From the human T2T-CHM13v2.0 reference genome, Homo sapiens, in the NCBI RefSeq assembly GCF_009914755.1, contig NC_060937.1: 64,000 nucleotides of DNA, one strand, 5' to 3'. Positions 1-14,829 of the stretch are shown here, piece by piece. The notes under the pieces are model-generated. The model made no database searches, was not told where the DNA came from, and worked only from the letters and a program-made list of their open reading frames with translations. A program made the position numbers and the translations under genes. The first letter of the stretch is position 1, and the number at the start of each line of letters is the position of its first letter.

Positions 1-2729
1 CAGGAGTGGCAAAATTTTTCTGAGCCAATTCCCTCCCAAATTAAGGAGGAATAAATTTAGACTTATTTCTCTATGCAGCTTTATAAATAAGTTACTTCTG
101 GTTTCCTTGGAAGTCTCGATAGTAACAATTGCAATCTGTCTCAGCTTTTTATTTCATTAACGGAATAATAGGTACATGGCAAACATTATTATTAATTGCA
201 GCCTCCATCTTCTTATATTTATTTATTTTAACATGTCTCAAGAGTTACTGCATTGATCTGAATTCCCAAATATCTTTTACTCTTGAACTTCTAATGGAGT
301 GACATTTCAACTCTCTTAGTAATTATTTTATATAATTTCACAACTTTGATGGAGCATGACAAAATATACACTGTTAGTCTAAAAAATAGCCGATACATTA
401 TTTAATATTCTATTAAAATATGTATTTAAGTACCGTCTAATACTATTCACAACATTTAAAGACCAATCTCAGCTTTTTGTGTCTAATAACAGCCCTTGTG
501 CTTCCAATTACTGTTAAATAATTATGTAAGAAATGATTTGGGTTTTTCCAACAAATAAATACAAAATTGCACATTGTATCATTTTTGGTTTGTGTATCGA
601 AGGCATGTGCATTCCTGCATTCTAAAGAGTAATTGAAATTTAACTATACTTATAACATCAAATGTGTTTCATAAACTGATGCTTATAATCTTTTTTCTGA
701 AAAAAAAACGAGTATATTTGTATAGATTTTGTATGCTATTTCTAAATTAGGGCATGGGAGTTTTCAGGCTGTTCTTTGCAAGCTCTTTTCTAAAAATAAT
801 GCATTGAGGACATGGAAAGGCTTTATTCTGAACAAACAAAAGACAATTTGGACATAATAATCACTACATTTTTCCTCTTAAACATGTGTTTTTAAAGAGC
901 CACAGACATCCTAAGATGCCATGTAAGAATGTGGATTAGATGAATGCAAATTATCAATCTGCTGATCAATTCATATTGAGGCAAATTTGCAGAATTAGTA
1001 TCAATTTTGTACACTTTGATACTTAATGCATTTCACTATCAATGTTTTTAAACAATAATATGGTCAAAATGAAGGCTATCAACTAATACGTATTAGTGAC
1101 ATTCAGCTGTGGATCGACACATTATGATACTCATCTGGTTGCCACTACATATTGTAAATGAAACAGTTATTCAAATAGCCCACCTTAAAATTTAAAAAAA
1201 GGAAGCTCAAAATTATTATTTTATCACCTTTTTTTTACAAAGCAGACATGGAGACTGACACTATTCCTATCTTTCATAAGGGGAACCCCTTGGAGTTTGT
1301 GTCTCACCAAGTGGAAACACCTGTCTGGCTTGTTCTTCCTCTTTCTTTGAATCTTGTGTATTACAAGGACTCATAGAAGCTGACCACCCTTAAAGTGGAT
1401 GGGAGAAAGACAATCAGAAGTCCTAATTCTCCTTTTAAAAGGAACAGAGAAAATCTATGAGATGGGAGACTGCAGTGAAGAATCCAGTCATTATTTTGAT
1501 TATTAAAAGTTTTCATTAGACCTATGTTATTTCCTGAAATGGGAAAGCACCTTATTGTAATCACCTCCCCCCTAAGATGAAGATGAAATGTTTAATGTTC
1601 TTTGGGAATACTACTTCCATTCTTCGTGAAGAGTGACAGAGGAAGGATGTCATCATGATTATGGCGTCAGCACTTCATTTTTAGAACTACAAGTTCTTAG
1701 GACTGAGACGCTAGGCTGTCCTTCAGAATCCACATGTAGTAAGTACCTGAAAACCAATTCAACCATCTTTCCTGAGTTTGCCATTGATGTCCTCCTTGAA
1801 AGCCACATTCCTTAAGACACCCTGGTCATGTCCAACTGGGCGCACTGCAAATCCAAATTTCTATTAAAATCATGTTTCTCTTCTCTTAACCCAGCTCTTC
1901 AAGAGCATTCACTTGCTCCTTCTACTACTCTAAATTTCTGACTCTTCCCTTTAAGACCATTTCAGTGGTTCTCCCGTTCAGCCCAGAATACTTCCTCCCG
2001 TACATTTTCCTCCTTGCCTTGGTCCAGTCCATCCATAAGGATGGTCTTTGTCATTAATTTCACCTGTCCAAATCCCAGGCTTCTGTGGAAGTTGAAATCG
2101 GTATAAAACTCCTGAAGAACTACATTTTCAAACCTTATAACTGACTTTAAAGTTCAGATCCTAAAATAGCTTTGCTTCATGCAATATGTGATGATTCAGA
2201 TGTAGCCATTTATCAGAGTGTATTCTTACCAGATTAATCTAGTAAAATTGCTGCTTTCATTTTATCTTTACTTTGCTCATAACAAAAGTTTATATCTGGA
2301 TTTCCAAGGCCTCCATCCACCAGTTCAACAAATTCATTTCAGTTCATTCCAATAATACAGTAAAAGTAGAGTTTTAAAAATTGTAGAAAATTAGCAATTC
2401 TGCCATTTAGTGAACTAGGACACAGAGGTAGTATAACTGCATTCACTTATTTAATTATAAACTAAAAGACTTGAGAATTTACATTGCTTGTGTATGGTTG
2501 ACCTAGAAAGTTAAAGAAGAGTTAGGACTGGGAACCATACAGCCCAACAAACATGGACATTTCTGCTTCTCTGGACTTAATATGTCTGAGAAACTAAATT
2601 TTGATTGCAGTGATTGTATATATGTGCACATACACATACCTATCTATTCAAATCTCTCGTATTCTGATGAATAAGATCAATATCTAGACCAATATCTGGA
2701 CCACTTCAGTAAAGTCCTTCCATAGGAGT

Positions 2730-2870
2730 GGAAAGTGCACTAAACTGCAGTCAAAGAAGGGATTCTGGCCATATTCCCAGCCTCTGCTTAGTTGCTGTCT
2801 GATCATGTAAACCTGAGTAAATGATGTGACTATTTTTGGACTTTAACTTCCTCATCTATTGTCAAAAATG
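2730..2870 (+). mobile_element. MIR SINE remnant
   Basis: Degenerate MIR core ending in cttcctcatctattgtcaaaaatg (MIR consensus tttcctcatctgtaaaatg); boundaries approximate. Confidence 0.55.
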
Positions 2871-2952
2871 TCACTGTGAAGCTCTTGGTTGCACCATCAT
2901 CTGCAGCGGGCATGACCCTCTTTGGCAGCTTAGTGTACCTATGTGGTTACAG

Positions 2953-2975
2953 CTCTCTCTCTCTCTCTCTCTCTC
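2953..2975. repeat. (CT)n microsatellite
   Basis: About 11 CT units read directly. Confidence 0.95.
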
Positions 2976-5900
2976 TTTCTTTTTCCTCCCAATTTACTTA
3001 GTATGTCAATTCTTAACCCAGTTCTTCAAGAACTTGATCCTATTAACAAGAAGTCTAGTAGCTCTTTCTTGATATTTCCCTGTAATTTGAAGAACTCTAC
3101 TTGTTTTAAGTGTTCAGTGCCACTTCCAAACAAGACAAAGACAAAAAACCAGAAAGTCAGACCCAGCCACTAAAACTGTGGCTTTGACTGCTTCTACTTG
3201 GCACTGCTGTTGAGCCAGTGCTGCACAGTCCTGTGACTCTGTATGTCCGGATTTGAGATGCTTCTGCTAGTCCAAAATGCACCATAAGGCAGAGTGAGGC
3301 CTCACACTTAGAATGGTGAAGATCTGCACAAAGCAAGAATTTTAAAATGCAATTAAGGCCTAAAGGATTATAAGAATTTGTGACCTTGGAGCACTGGGAA
3401 AAGTGGGCAGCATATTTTGCAGTTATGATGGAATACATGGAGTTTAGCTTCCTCTGCTAAGGTTATTTAATGGACAGAACTCTAGAGGAGGCTGTGAAGT
3501 GTGCTTTTTTCTTTTTAAGTTGGTATTTATTTGAATTGGGGCTCATGTTATTGGAGATACACCATGCAGAAAAATGTGTGTATAAAAGTTGAATTCATCA
3601 CAGGGCTGTTCTGAGGGTAAAGAAATAATGAGAGTCAAGAGACATTTACCAACACTCATCAGTGAAGCCTACCAGCAAATGAAAATATAGATAAGCCATT
3701 CTTTTAACTTCCTTGATGAGTCTTCAATAGAGAAAAATATATATATTATTTTCAAGGTCAATGTTCTCTTAGTTCACACTCCGTGTCCAGCCTCTGCTTC
3801 CCAAAACACGGCAAAGAAAATATGACAAGGTCTTCAAGTGGCCTCCAGCCTAACTTCCTGCTCTGTAAAAGCCAGTCCTTCTCCCAAATACTTTGGTGCT
3901 AAGTTATGCTGAAAGCAAATCTTTAGCATGGTCTCACTCTTTCTTTCTAGGAAGTCCATTTCTGGAAACTGAATCCTTTCCTGCCAGTAGATTTTTGCTT
4001 AGGGCTAACCAAGTCTACACCAGAAAGTCTTCCTCGTCTAAGGACGCCTTGTGAAAATTAACTCTCTCTTCACCCAGCCCCACCTGAAAGCTCCCTACAC
4101 TTGGCACAATAAGGAGTGTCTGATTATGTCAAAATAAAGGCTTGGTTACCTCTCTTCCTCAAGGCTAGGACTTGCCTGACTAAGAAGAACACCTCTAGGG
4201 AAGCTGTCCAAAAGAGGGATGCATGTCTCACCTAGAGAAAATAGAGAAGAGACTGACATCTATTCATTTTTTGCAACATAATCTAGCTCCTTTTAAATAC
4301 TAGCTATTGATATGACCTATATTGAAATAAAAGTGATTTGCTGCACTTTAATGAAATACATTATTCACTTATTTTCTTTCTTTCTAACATTTCAATACTT
4401 ATGAAATGAACCACAGAATGCAGCATGTAATGGTGCACTCTTTTATATCATGTAGGTTTTATCTCAGACTTGGCTGTAAACTCCCTGGATGACACTTCCA
4501 TTGTATCTTAGTGGGAAGGACATAGGATGGGTTATAAACACTTGTCAATTTATTGATTTATAAACAAAACTAATTGTTGATGTTTTCAAATTGTGTCTCT
4601 TCAGGTAATCATTTTGCATACAAGACATATTTATTGGCTGTTAGATTATTCAATATTTGTTCTCCTTTATTGAAGGCTTTGCAAAGGCGGCTAAAAAAGG
4701 AAATTGTATGTATATTTTCAGTTACATGGATGGTTCCTAGATGGCCATTTAGTAAATTTTTATTTCCTCTGATATTCACATTCCCTCACAGTAGACCTGC
4801 AAAGAAGTAGGCCTTGCACACACATTGGTGCACAGGTAGGCCTTTCAACTAACATGAGTCCCAATTCAAATAAATACGAAGTATGTAAAAGCACACTTCA
4901 CAGGCTACTCCACAGCCAACACTCCTTTAAACACCCCAATCGAACAACATAAACTACACAGCGTTCAGGTGTAAGACCAAGCCTGCTGCCTGCTGTGCAG
5001 GGAACTGTGCAAATCTAGGGCCCAGGTCAGTAAAATCCCATCTTTCAAGCTCCTGCTGCAATTTTTACTTCTTCTAAACCTTAATTTTGTGCCATTTTTG
5101 ACATTCAACAATATCTCTTTCTGTGCCACTCCAACAGAGGAAAAACTAGCTTATAGCTCCAACAAAAGCCTATCAGAAACATATTTCGGACTTCTTGCAG
5201 ATGGTGGTTTATTATTACATCACATTTCTAGGTAAAAGCTTCAGTTTCCACATGTACGTCTCACTGACTCAGCATGAGAGTAGCCACAGCCTCTGTGTCT
5301 GCCTTGAAGTGGAGACGCTGAGATGAGCCAGTCGCATGTGTGTGGAATGACATGAAGGCGAAGGTGTAGGGGAGGGATGTCATGCTGTTTTTCATTTTTG
5401 CTGAAAAGCCACATTTTCAATTAGTTCCCAGGACATAGCTAGTGAATATGCAGTTTCCCCTTGGCAGGGAGCAACTCTGGCAGCCCCCAAACCCCATGGG
5501 ATTCCTGCAGATGACATCAAACGAGGGAAGTAGAGCAAAAAACTAGGGTGAAATCAAATGTATCTTGGGCAGAAAAAAGAAAACCCTAACCAATATCAGA
5601 GGTTTTATGAAAATTTTAAATAATGTAAACATTGCTGGTCTCAGGAAGTTTAATGGTAAGTGAACAACTTGAGAAAGATAGAAAAATTCAGGCTACGCTT
5701 AGCCGGTATAAACTCAGGTTTGGTCTCCCAAATAGGCAGTTTCTTCATAGATTTATTTTAAATCAAAGGTAGGAAGGCAATAAGAAGTATCCGATCATGT
5801 GAAGACAGAATGAGTCAGAGTTAGCAAAGAAGAGAGGGAAAGAGGACCCATAAACAGAGTGCACTGGGATGCTGCAGCAGGAAGCCTGCCCTGAGGGCAG

Positions 5901-6689
5901 CTGAGCACAGGCAGGCGTTAGGGACCTGGGCAGGAAGGGAGACACCATATGGAAGATCACACGCGCTGAGAAAGCCAGACAGATTGGGACAACAGCCTCC
6001 CAGATAAAGGTCATTTCAGGAAACCAAGTGCTCGCCTCCAGTAAAACAGCTTTCCCAACCTTCATACCCTCAAGCACCATTGACCAGTGCCTAAAATTCC
6101 TCTAATGTAATTCAGCCTGGAATTACCCAACAATAATAAGATCTAACATACATCAAGAGTAACTTTGTATAAAGTTTATATTTAAGTAAAATGTATTAAA
6201 TACATCAGATGAAAGGGTTTTGTATAATGCAGAGGCCTGGGCACCTGGAAGTAAGCAGAAGATGAGAGAAAGGAGTCAAGGGGCCTCCCATAGAGGAAGA
6301 CAGAAATTATGGGAGTTAATTTATTTCTGAAAACAAATTTACCTAGCCTGGTCTGCCAGGAAACGTGAGCAAGAGTTTTGATTTCTTCACTAACGGCTTT
6401 AAATTTAGTGAGCACCTACTATGCACCAAGTCTCCTGCTAAAGTAAAGGACAGACTCCAAAAACCTTTTCCCAGTCCCAAGTCTAGTGAAAGACACATCC
6501 ACAAGCCCACTGTAACTCACAAGCACCACTATGACCTATGGAGAAAGTACCTTGAGTGCACACCGAACGCTGTGACGTCTTCAGGGAGTAGACTAGACTT
6601 CTGCTTCCATTTTTTTTTATCCTCAATCTCCTCCAACCTGGTTCTCATCACCACCAGTTCACAGGTCAATAAAAGTTAATTAACATAGT

Positions 6690-6800
6690 TGAGGCAGGAA
6701 AATTGCTTGAACCTGGGAGGCAGTGGTTGAGTGAGCCGGCATTGTGCCACTCCATTCCAGCCTAGGCGAAAGAGCAAAACTCCATCTCAAAAAAAAAAAA
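6690..6800 (+). mobile_element. 5'-truncated Alu (right-arm 3' part plus poly-A)
   Basis: tgaggcaggaaaattgcttgaacctgggagg...actccatctc then A-tail; TSD taattaacatagt (6677-6689) / taattaatatagt (6801-6813). Confidence 0.95.
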
Positions 6801-6812
6801 TAATTAATATAG

Positions 6813-7140
<328 letters not shown>

Positions 7141-8184
7141 ACAAGTTGATTTTTTTTTTTTTTTTTGAAAAAAGTCCTCGTCCTTCACCTTTCTCATTCT
7201 TCAAAGGTCCAGGTCAAATGTTTCTTCCCGTGACAAACTTTCCTCAGTTTCACCTTAGAGAGCTGAGTGCAGCAGCCCTGGACTCAGCCTGGGGCTCTCT
7301 GGGCACTGGGTGTGTTTCCAGGAGGGACCCCAGGAACAGAGTTGCCACTTGTCTGGCACAAAGACATGCCACGCATCAGCCACAAAGACACCCCTGACTC
7401 TCCTCAGTCATGTGGCCAATTTTGACCCCCCATGAACATCTCACAAATTTCTGCCATTACCACCTGTTTCTGTCATCATTTTCCTCCTACTCACCTCATT
7501 TCTATGAAGCAAGCAGACAGAGGTGGAAATAATGAGTGTCTTAGGAAGTAATTTTCAGAGAGCAGACTCCTTAGTCCTTCCACATCTCATAATTTAAGCC
7601 TCTTTGGATGATTTATAAACATGCAGTGTGTACGTGGTGTTAGTTCATCCTGCTGTGGAGTAGCTGCTTTGTTCTCAGACACAGTCCAGCCTTCAGTAGA
7701 GGAGTAGCATGCAATAGGTGTGAGTAGACTACTCTGAGCATCCTGAAACTTGTTCACGTTGAAAGAAACTATTCAGGATCCAGTTAGTCCCCCATCGCAG
7801 CCCTGCGTCCCCACCTGAAGCAACACACCATACATCCTTGAGCTGAGTATTCTTCTCGGAGAAAGAAGCACCAAATACAGACCAGCACAGGACAGGACGG
7901 GATCATCACGGCACACCCTAAATGACTGTTTGGTCCAGATACATCTGATTCCAAAAAGCAACAACTACAGTCATGATCTTGTACTTCCCAATCCTACCAA
8001 AGTGCTCAGGGCATAGAAAGTGTTGATTAAATGTTGAATGGAGAAAAAGCAATAAGACGATACACAGTGTCTTGGAGAAAGTGAAATACAGGTGAGCATT
8101 TCCTCATATTCTAGGTCTCAGAAAATACGTAAGTAAATAATAAAAGGGTGCCAAAGCTGTGATATGGTATAGAATATTTCTCAC

Positions 8185-8600
8185 TGATGTGGTTTGGATC
8201 TGTGTCCCCACCCAAATCTCATATCAAATTGTAATCCCCAGTGCTGAAGGTGGGGCCTAGTGGGAGGTGGATGGATCATGGGGCTGGTTTCTAATGGTTT
8301 AGCAGCATCCACTTAGTGTGTTCTCATGATAAGGAGTCCTCACAAGATCTGGTTGTTTAAAAGTGTGTAGCGCTGCCCACTTGTCTCTCTCTCCTGCTCT
8401 GGCCTGGTAACATGAGCCTGCTTCACCTTCGCCTTCTGCCATGATCGTAAATTTCTTGAGACCTCCCCAGAAGCTGAGCAGATGCTAGCCTCATGCTTCC
8501 TGTACACCCTGTGGAACTGTGAGCCAATTAGACCTCTTTTCCTTATAAATTACCTGGTCTCAGATATTTCTTTATGGCAATGTGAGAACGACCTAATACT
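8185..8600 (+). mobile_element. MST (MSTA/B-like) MaLR solo LTR
   Basis: Starts tgatgtggtttggatctgtgtccccacccaaatctc; contains gtgagccaattagacctc and ataaattacc; ends ctaatac. Confidence 0.92.
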
Positions 8601-9221
8601 AAGGAATGGTTATGAGGAGCAAATGGTAGAATGAAATAATCCCTGAGCTAATTATCCATTCAGCTGTCTCAGCTCTTGTTAACTCAGTCCTTTCATTAAC
8701 ACACCTGACCTCAGTTTCCTCATTTGTTTTAAGGGTATTGAAATTACTGGATTTCTGCAGTCTCTAAAATACTATGAACCTTGAAATGCTATAATCTAGC
8801 TTTTAAACTTTTTAAAAAGAAGCAACAATTTCTTTGATAAACTTTTATGAGAAACCATCATTTGAAAAAAATAAAAATAAATAAAAGCCAATATTGTTGA
8901 GGTTTCAGAGAAGGTTCCTATTAAATTAAAAGAAAGAAAGAAAGAAAGGAACTCTCTCCTCTATACCCAAAGAAACTGAGAAGTAAGTTAAGAAAAAAAA
9001 AATTAAATATAGAGGCAAAAATGGAGTTTGAGGGAGTAGCTATAACTCTTAAGAGAAAAATGGGCTTTGCTAACACTTAATCCCCAAGTTAGGCAGACAC
9101 CGCCACCCAGTAGCAGGCAGTGCTGAGCTAGGACAAACCTCGAGTCATAGAGAGTTTGGGGGCACAACCTGACCAGGTACTCAGTATTTCCTTGCAATTT
9201 CTGAGGTCATCTCTGATTTAA

Positions 9222-9263
<42 letters not shown>
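9222..9263. repeat. (AAT)14 microsatellite
   Basis: Perfect trinucleotide run. Confidence 0.97.
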
Positions 9264-9264
<1 letters not shown>

Positions 9265-10672
9265 TAGAACCTTGGGAGGCCTTGAATCCTAAACAACCTG
9301 AAAATCTCACAACAGCCAATCACTGATGTTGAGCCAATGATGAGTCATCAATTCTTTCCTCCAAAGAACTCACTCTGTGAATCCAGTGGGAAAAATTACT
9401 ACAAAATGTTTCATGGTGTGTGGGAAAGCTTCATTCTTCTTCTTAAAGATGTTCTATATTTTTGGTCTTACATAAGATGAGGAATTATATTTTTTAATGA
9501 TGGTATAGCAATAACCGCAGAGTCTAAAAATAAGTTTCTGTGCTTATTTCTTCTTGTAGAATTTTTGTAAAATTGAAGTTGCATATGGTGATTTTTTATG
9601 ATACTTAAAAATTTTTTGAAATATGTAGTAATTAATAATTTAGAAAAAGAATATACACATGCATATATGTCAAGTAAAACTATGTATTATTTTTGTAGAT
9701 ATTTATGTTTGCAGGTATCAAACAGTTGTAATTTTCTATTAATTTTTAATTTAGCAACATCATATGGTTTCAATCTTGTATCCAAGAAAACCCAGATAAC
9801 TTTAGGAAGTAGGTAAAAACCTTCCCCCCTGTTGAGAATGAAATGATCAATAAGTCAGACTTTATTGACCAATCTGTATTTTTCATCTGAATGACATATC
9901 CTTAACATGCCATGTCAGATGATCTCTAATTTCTTGCAGGAACATACTTGAGGCAGAGGGAAGAAATGTTCTGTTTCAAATGCTGTATTGTGACTAATCA
10001 GGGGTCTTTTCAAAACTGGCTGCCCAATTGCAAATTTGAACAATACAGATGAGGGGCTCGATCATACTGAAGTTTGGAATTCCTCCACCCAGTGAACGAT
10101 TGTATGCCAACAGGATGTAATTAACTATTTACCAATTTTATAGCCACAAAATGATTCATGTGATGCTGAGAGCAAGAGTTTTTATAGAAAAAAAGCATAG
10201 TGTAGTGGATGGAAACACTGACAGGAATTCGACTGATAAAATTAATAAACAACTGAGCATAGGCAGAAACAATTCTGAGAAATTATTTACTGATCTTATA
10301 TCGACCTGGAGAGGTACTTTGTTCAAAAGTCTAAGCTTATGGTTTATATTTAAGTAATTAAAAAATAGCATAATTCTTCCTTGGGTCTGATAAACAAAAA
10401 GCAAGAATGTAAATTAAACTTTATAACAGGATCTCTGCAGTCACTGCCACAGTTGATCACAATTAATGCTATGCCACCTCTAAATCTATCATGGCCTGAA
10501 AATTGCTAGTAAAGTGTTTCCTCTTAAGATGGCAATAAGAAAGGAAATATGGATATGCTAAAAAAAAAAAAAAAAAGCAAAATTGGTAATGAACACAGAA
10601 AGGAAATTCCTCATTTAAAAATGAACATGAATGAAAGGTCAGCATGGAGATTTCCTTCACTTACACATTTAC

Positions 10673-10703
10673 TCATTCATTCATTCATTCATTCATTCAT
10701 TCA
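10673..10703. repeat. (TCAT)n microsatellite, probably an expanded L2 3' tail
   Basis: About 7.5 units; L2-like sequence follows. Confidence 0.85.
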
Positions 10704-11050
10704 CCGGGGTGATGGATAGGCATGAAGCATTGCAAGTTAATTAAGTGAACAAGAGTCAGCCTTGTTCCAAGTTGCTGAGTGTGAGTGTGATTTAACCAAA
10801 GTTCTATTTTAGGATGATGTACATAGCATCAGCGTTTTGGAAGAATAGCAGAGAGGATATAGATTCAATTCGTATGGTGGTTAAAGTGAAAAGTAATAAA
10901 ATAGAAAATTCAAAGGCTATTGAGAGGTGGAACCTATAAGCCACAGCCACAAATCAGTTGAACTAGATAGGATAGCCTTAACCTTCCTTCCCTTCAGAAA
11001 CAGACAATGAGAGAACTGTTAAACTTTAAGGAAGAGTCAGCCAATGCTGG

Positions 11051-11430
11051 TGATTTAGTTTAGATATTTGTCTCTGCCCAAATGGCATGCTGAATTGTAA
11101 TCCCCAACACTGGAGGTGGGGACTGGTGGGAGGGGTTTGGAACATGGGTGCGGATCCCTCATGGTTTGGTGCTGTCTTCATGATAGCGAGTCCTCACAAG
11201 ATCCAGTCATTCAAAAATGTGAGACGCCTTCTTCTCCCCACCCGCATTCTCTCCCTCTTGCTCCTGCTTTTGCCATGTGACCTGCAAGCTCCAGCTTCAC
11301 CTTCTGCTAGGAGGAAAAGTTCCTGAGGCCTCCCCAAAAGCTGTGCTTCCTGTAAAGCCTGCAGAACCGTGAGCCAATTAAACCTCTTTCTTTATAAATT
11401 ACCCAGTCTCTTGTAAATTACCCGGACTCA
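11051..11430 (+). mobile_element. MST (MSTB-like) MaLR LTR, 3' end rearranged
   Basis: gaattgtaatccccaacactggaggtgggg...gagccaattaaacctctttctttataaattacccagtctc; taaattaccc is duplicated near the end. Confidence 0.9.
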
Positions 11431-13215
11431 AATAACAATCTCTCCCATTTGAGAAATAATGCCAAGTTAGCGAAGACATTTGAGCTCTCCACATCTTCTT
11501 CACCTGCAGGCTTAAATGGCCCTCACAAGAGTATACCATTTAATTTCCCCTCTTTGCACACATTCCTTAGCTACTGTCCATTTTAGTAGAAAAATACACG
11601 TTTAAGGGGGGAAAGAGAGTCAATAAATATGATGGGTAGAAATATGAATAAAAAAGAATTAGATCACTCCATTTCTTTGGCTGAGGTGTGCAAGTGCATG
11701 GGTGCATGTGAGTGTATGTGAGTGTGTAAGTGTATGTGTGGGCATCTATGGGGCCTGTCAGTGAATGCCCATTTTTCTTGGATTAGAGGGGAAAACTTGC
11801 TCTATTTTAATAAATTTGCTCTACATGACCATGTGTCCTTTTATTCCCTGAAAGTTCAGTCTTAATGAAAAACAGAAATTTCACATGGATAAATCCACTA
11901 TGCAAGTTTAATTAACCTCATAAAGATATAAAATGACCCAATCAAAAGATATGTTTTTAGTGCCAACCAAATTAATATTTTAAACTAAACTGAAGAATTT
12001 AGCACATTTCAAATCATATATAATGCTCATTTTATAGGACTAATCCCATAATGCCTCTGCCTCCAGATGGTGGTGAATTACGCATATTTAGCAAGAGTGA
12101 GTCCTTCCCTTTCATACAACATAGGCTTATGTAAAACAGATACAACATATTTTGCACCATAAAGTTGTATCTTCCACGTAAAATATGGGTTTTTTAAAAA
12201 ATGTTATTTACATAAGTTCAAGCCTTCAAAGCATTGTGTATAAGAAAGGACTGTACAGTAATGAAATAGCTCATTACCCCGAGTGGGTCCAGTTTTGCAA
12301 ATGTGAAGTGTCTACTATAGACAAATCTCACTCGGAAAATATGAATGAAGAGTTCTCCATATCTAGCATAGAGTCTAAGAACATGACGGTAACTTCCTTA
12401 TCTGACTCTGATCAGGCCAAGTGAAATGACGCTCAGATCATTTGAGATCCAAAATAAATCTGAAGATAAAAGTGGGTCTATTGGCCTATAATGTAAAGGG
12501 AATGGATTCTGGGCAAATGAAGAAGAAAGCAAAGTTAATCTTTGGGGGCCCTTTGCTGATTTTCTTGGTTTTGGTGACTCCTCCCTCCTTCCTCAACAAA
12601 CGTCATCCATAATGTCCAGGTGCCATTGTTTTTATTCTACACAGGACATCTCTTACCTGTGACTACCTGGGAAAAGATGTTTTTCTCAATGTACTCCATA
12701 TTCGAAATCCTTCCCCACATTTTTTGTCCAACCAAATTTTCTATTCCCCCTGGGCTTCCATTTTGCCCGTTAAAAATGTACTTCTGTCAATAACTTAATG
12801 TGTGCTACTACCCATGGTGCTGGCCCAGCAGGAAAACACATTTGCTGGAGTGAAGCATGATGGTTACATGTACAATAGAAGATGATGTAGGCAATGATGT
12901 ATATATTTGGTAAAGAGATGGTGATTTTGAATGATGCTTGGACTATAAAAAGCCCCTGGAGTCTTTGACAAGACTCTTGCAAATGAAGCACTTTGGTGGC
13001 CATCTTAAATCTCACTGGGCAATAGAGTAGAATTAAGAGTCCTAACCAACATACAGGCAGTGCCATGCAACTCAATAACTAATGTGATGAGAAGGTCTTC
13101 TTCCAAGACAAGGAGGTGGCCTTGGGCATTCCTGGACCCATGGACACAAATTGTACCTTGGTAGGGATGCTCTGCCTCCAACACACACTCTTCCTCCCAT
13201 GTCTGCCTTCTTCAC

Positions 13216-13352
13216 TTTTTTTTTTTTTTTTTTTTTTGAGACAGAGTCTCGCTCTGAGCCCAGGCTGGAGTGCAGTGGTGCGATCTCTGCTTACTGCAAG
13301 CTCCGCCTCCCAGGTACCTGGGATTACAGGCGTGAGGCCACCGCGCCCAGCC
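13216..13352 (-). mobile_element. Internally deleted AluY-like element (monomer length)
   Basis: Poly-T, right-arm end with gcaagctccgcctccc joined to left-arm start gggattacaggcgtgag...cgcgcccagcc; TSD ttcttcactttt (13208-13219 / 13354-13365). Confidence 0.93.
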
Positions 13353-13620
13353 GTTCTTCACTTTTGAAGTGTTTTTGTCTCTAATTTTGCTTGTTTCAGC
13401 TTCCGTGAATGAATCTAATAATTGGCTCATTTAGGTCACATAATTCACCTGCAACTCAGTAAGAACAATATGAAATTCTGTAATTGGTCCAGCCACAGGG
13501 ATGTGTCCAGTTTTGTAACCAATATTCCTGATTAAGAGAAATGAGGGAAGAAACCTGCTGCAGCAGAAACAAAACCACCAACTGTGATAGCCAAACCCAC
13601 CTGCCACGTTCCACCACTGA

Positions 13621-13966
<346 letters not shown>

Positions 13967-14116
13967 CAGGTTTGGATATTAATCTTGCCCTTAAGAATGA
14001 AATCAAGGAAGCTGAGGGAAAGCAGCTTTGTGTAAAGAAAGCTGAATTGGAAATGAGGAGACAAGTTCTCGAGGATGTGTTTATCACGCCACTCCACCAC
14101 TGCAACTGCCTTTCCA

Positions 14117-14346
14117 CCTTAGTTCACTCTGTGTTGCTGTAACACAATACCACAGAGGTGGTCATTCATAAAGAAAATAAATTTATTTCTTATACTTCTG
14201 GAGGCTGGAAAGTCTGATATTAAGGTGCTGTTATGTGGTGAGGGCCTTCTTGCCATGTCATCCCACGGTAAAAGGCAAGAAAGGGTGAAAGAAATGGAAC
14301 TCACAGCCTCAAGCCCTTTGATAACTGGCATTAATCCATTCATGGG
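14117..14346 (-). mobile_element. Partial MaLR LTR (MSTC/D or MLT1A-like)
   Basis: aaatttatttcttatacttctggaggctggaaagtc...ggtgagggccttcttgc...ggcattaatccattcatg. Confidence 0.8.
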
Positions 14347-14829
14347 AGTTAATGGGGGAGCAGTGGGAACACCTGGATCTGGAATCAGAGGCTCTGAGCT
14401 TGACCAGCCCCACCACTTCTGGAGCAGGTTTCTGGGCCTGTCTGAACATAATTGTCCTTAACCATGAAAGTCAAAATGGTACCCTTTCTTTCACAGGGGA
14501 GGTGTACAGAATAAACAAGGGAAAATCATGTAAATGTATTATAAATTGTAGAGAACCATACAAAGGCAGCAGGTTAGCTGATGTATCTGTGGGTCAGGGC
14601 AGTTGTTCCATGAAGTTAATATTGGGAGCAGCCTGGCCTGCTCTACACGACCTCGAATGTAATTTCTGTTCTGCAACACACCTGCTCCTAAACAGCAACC
14701 TAGAAAACAGGTGTTTCTGGACATAGGCACCTGTCATCACCATAACAGCACTGGGCATTCTTATTCATACCACCTTTCCTAGTGGCCTCACCAGCTCTGG
14801 TCACCTTCCTGCAGATGGGGAAATGTGCC

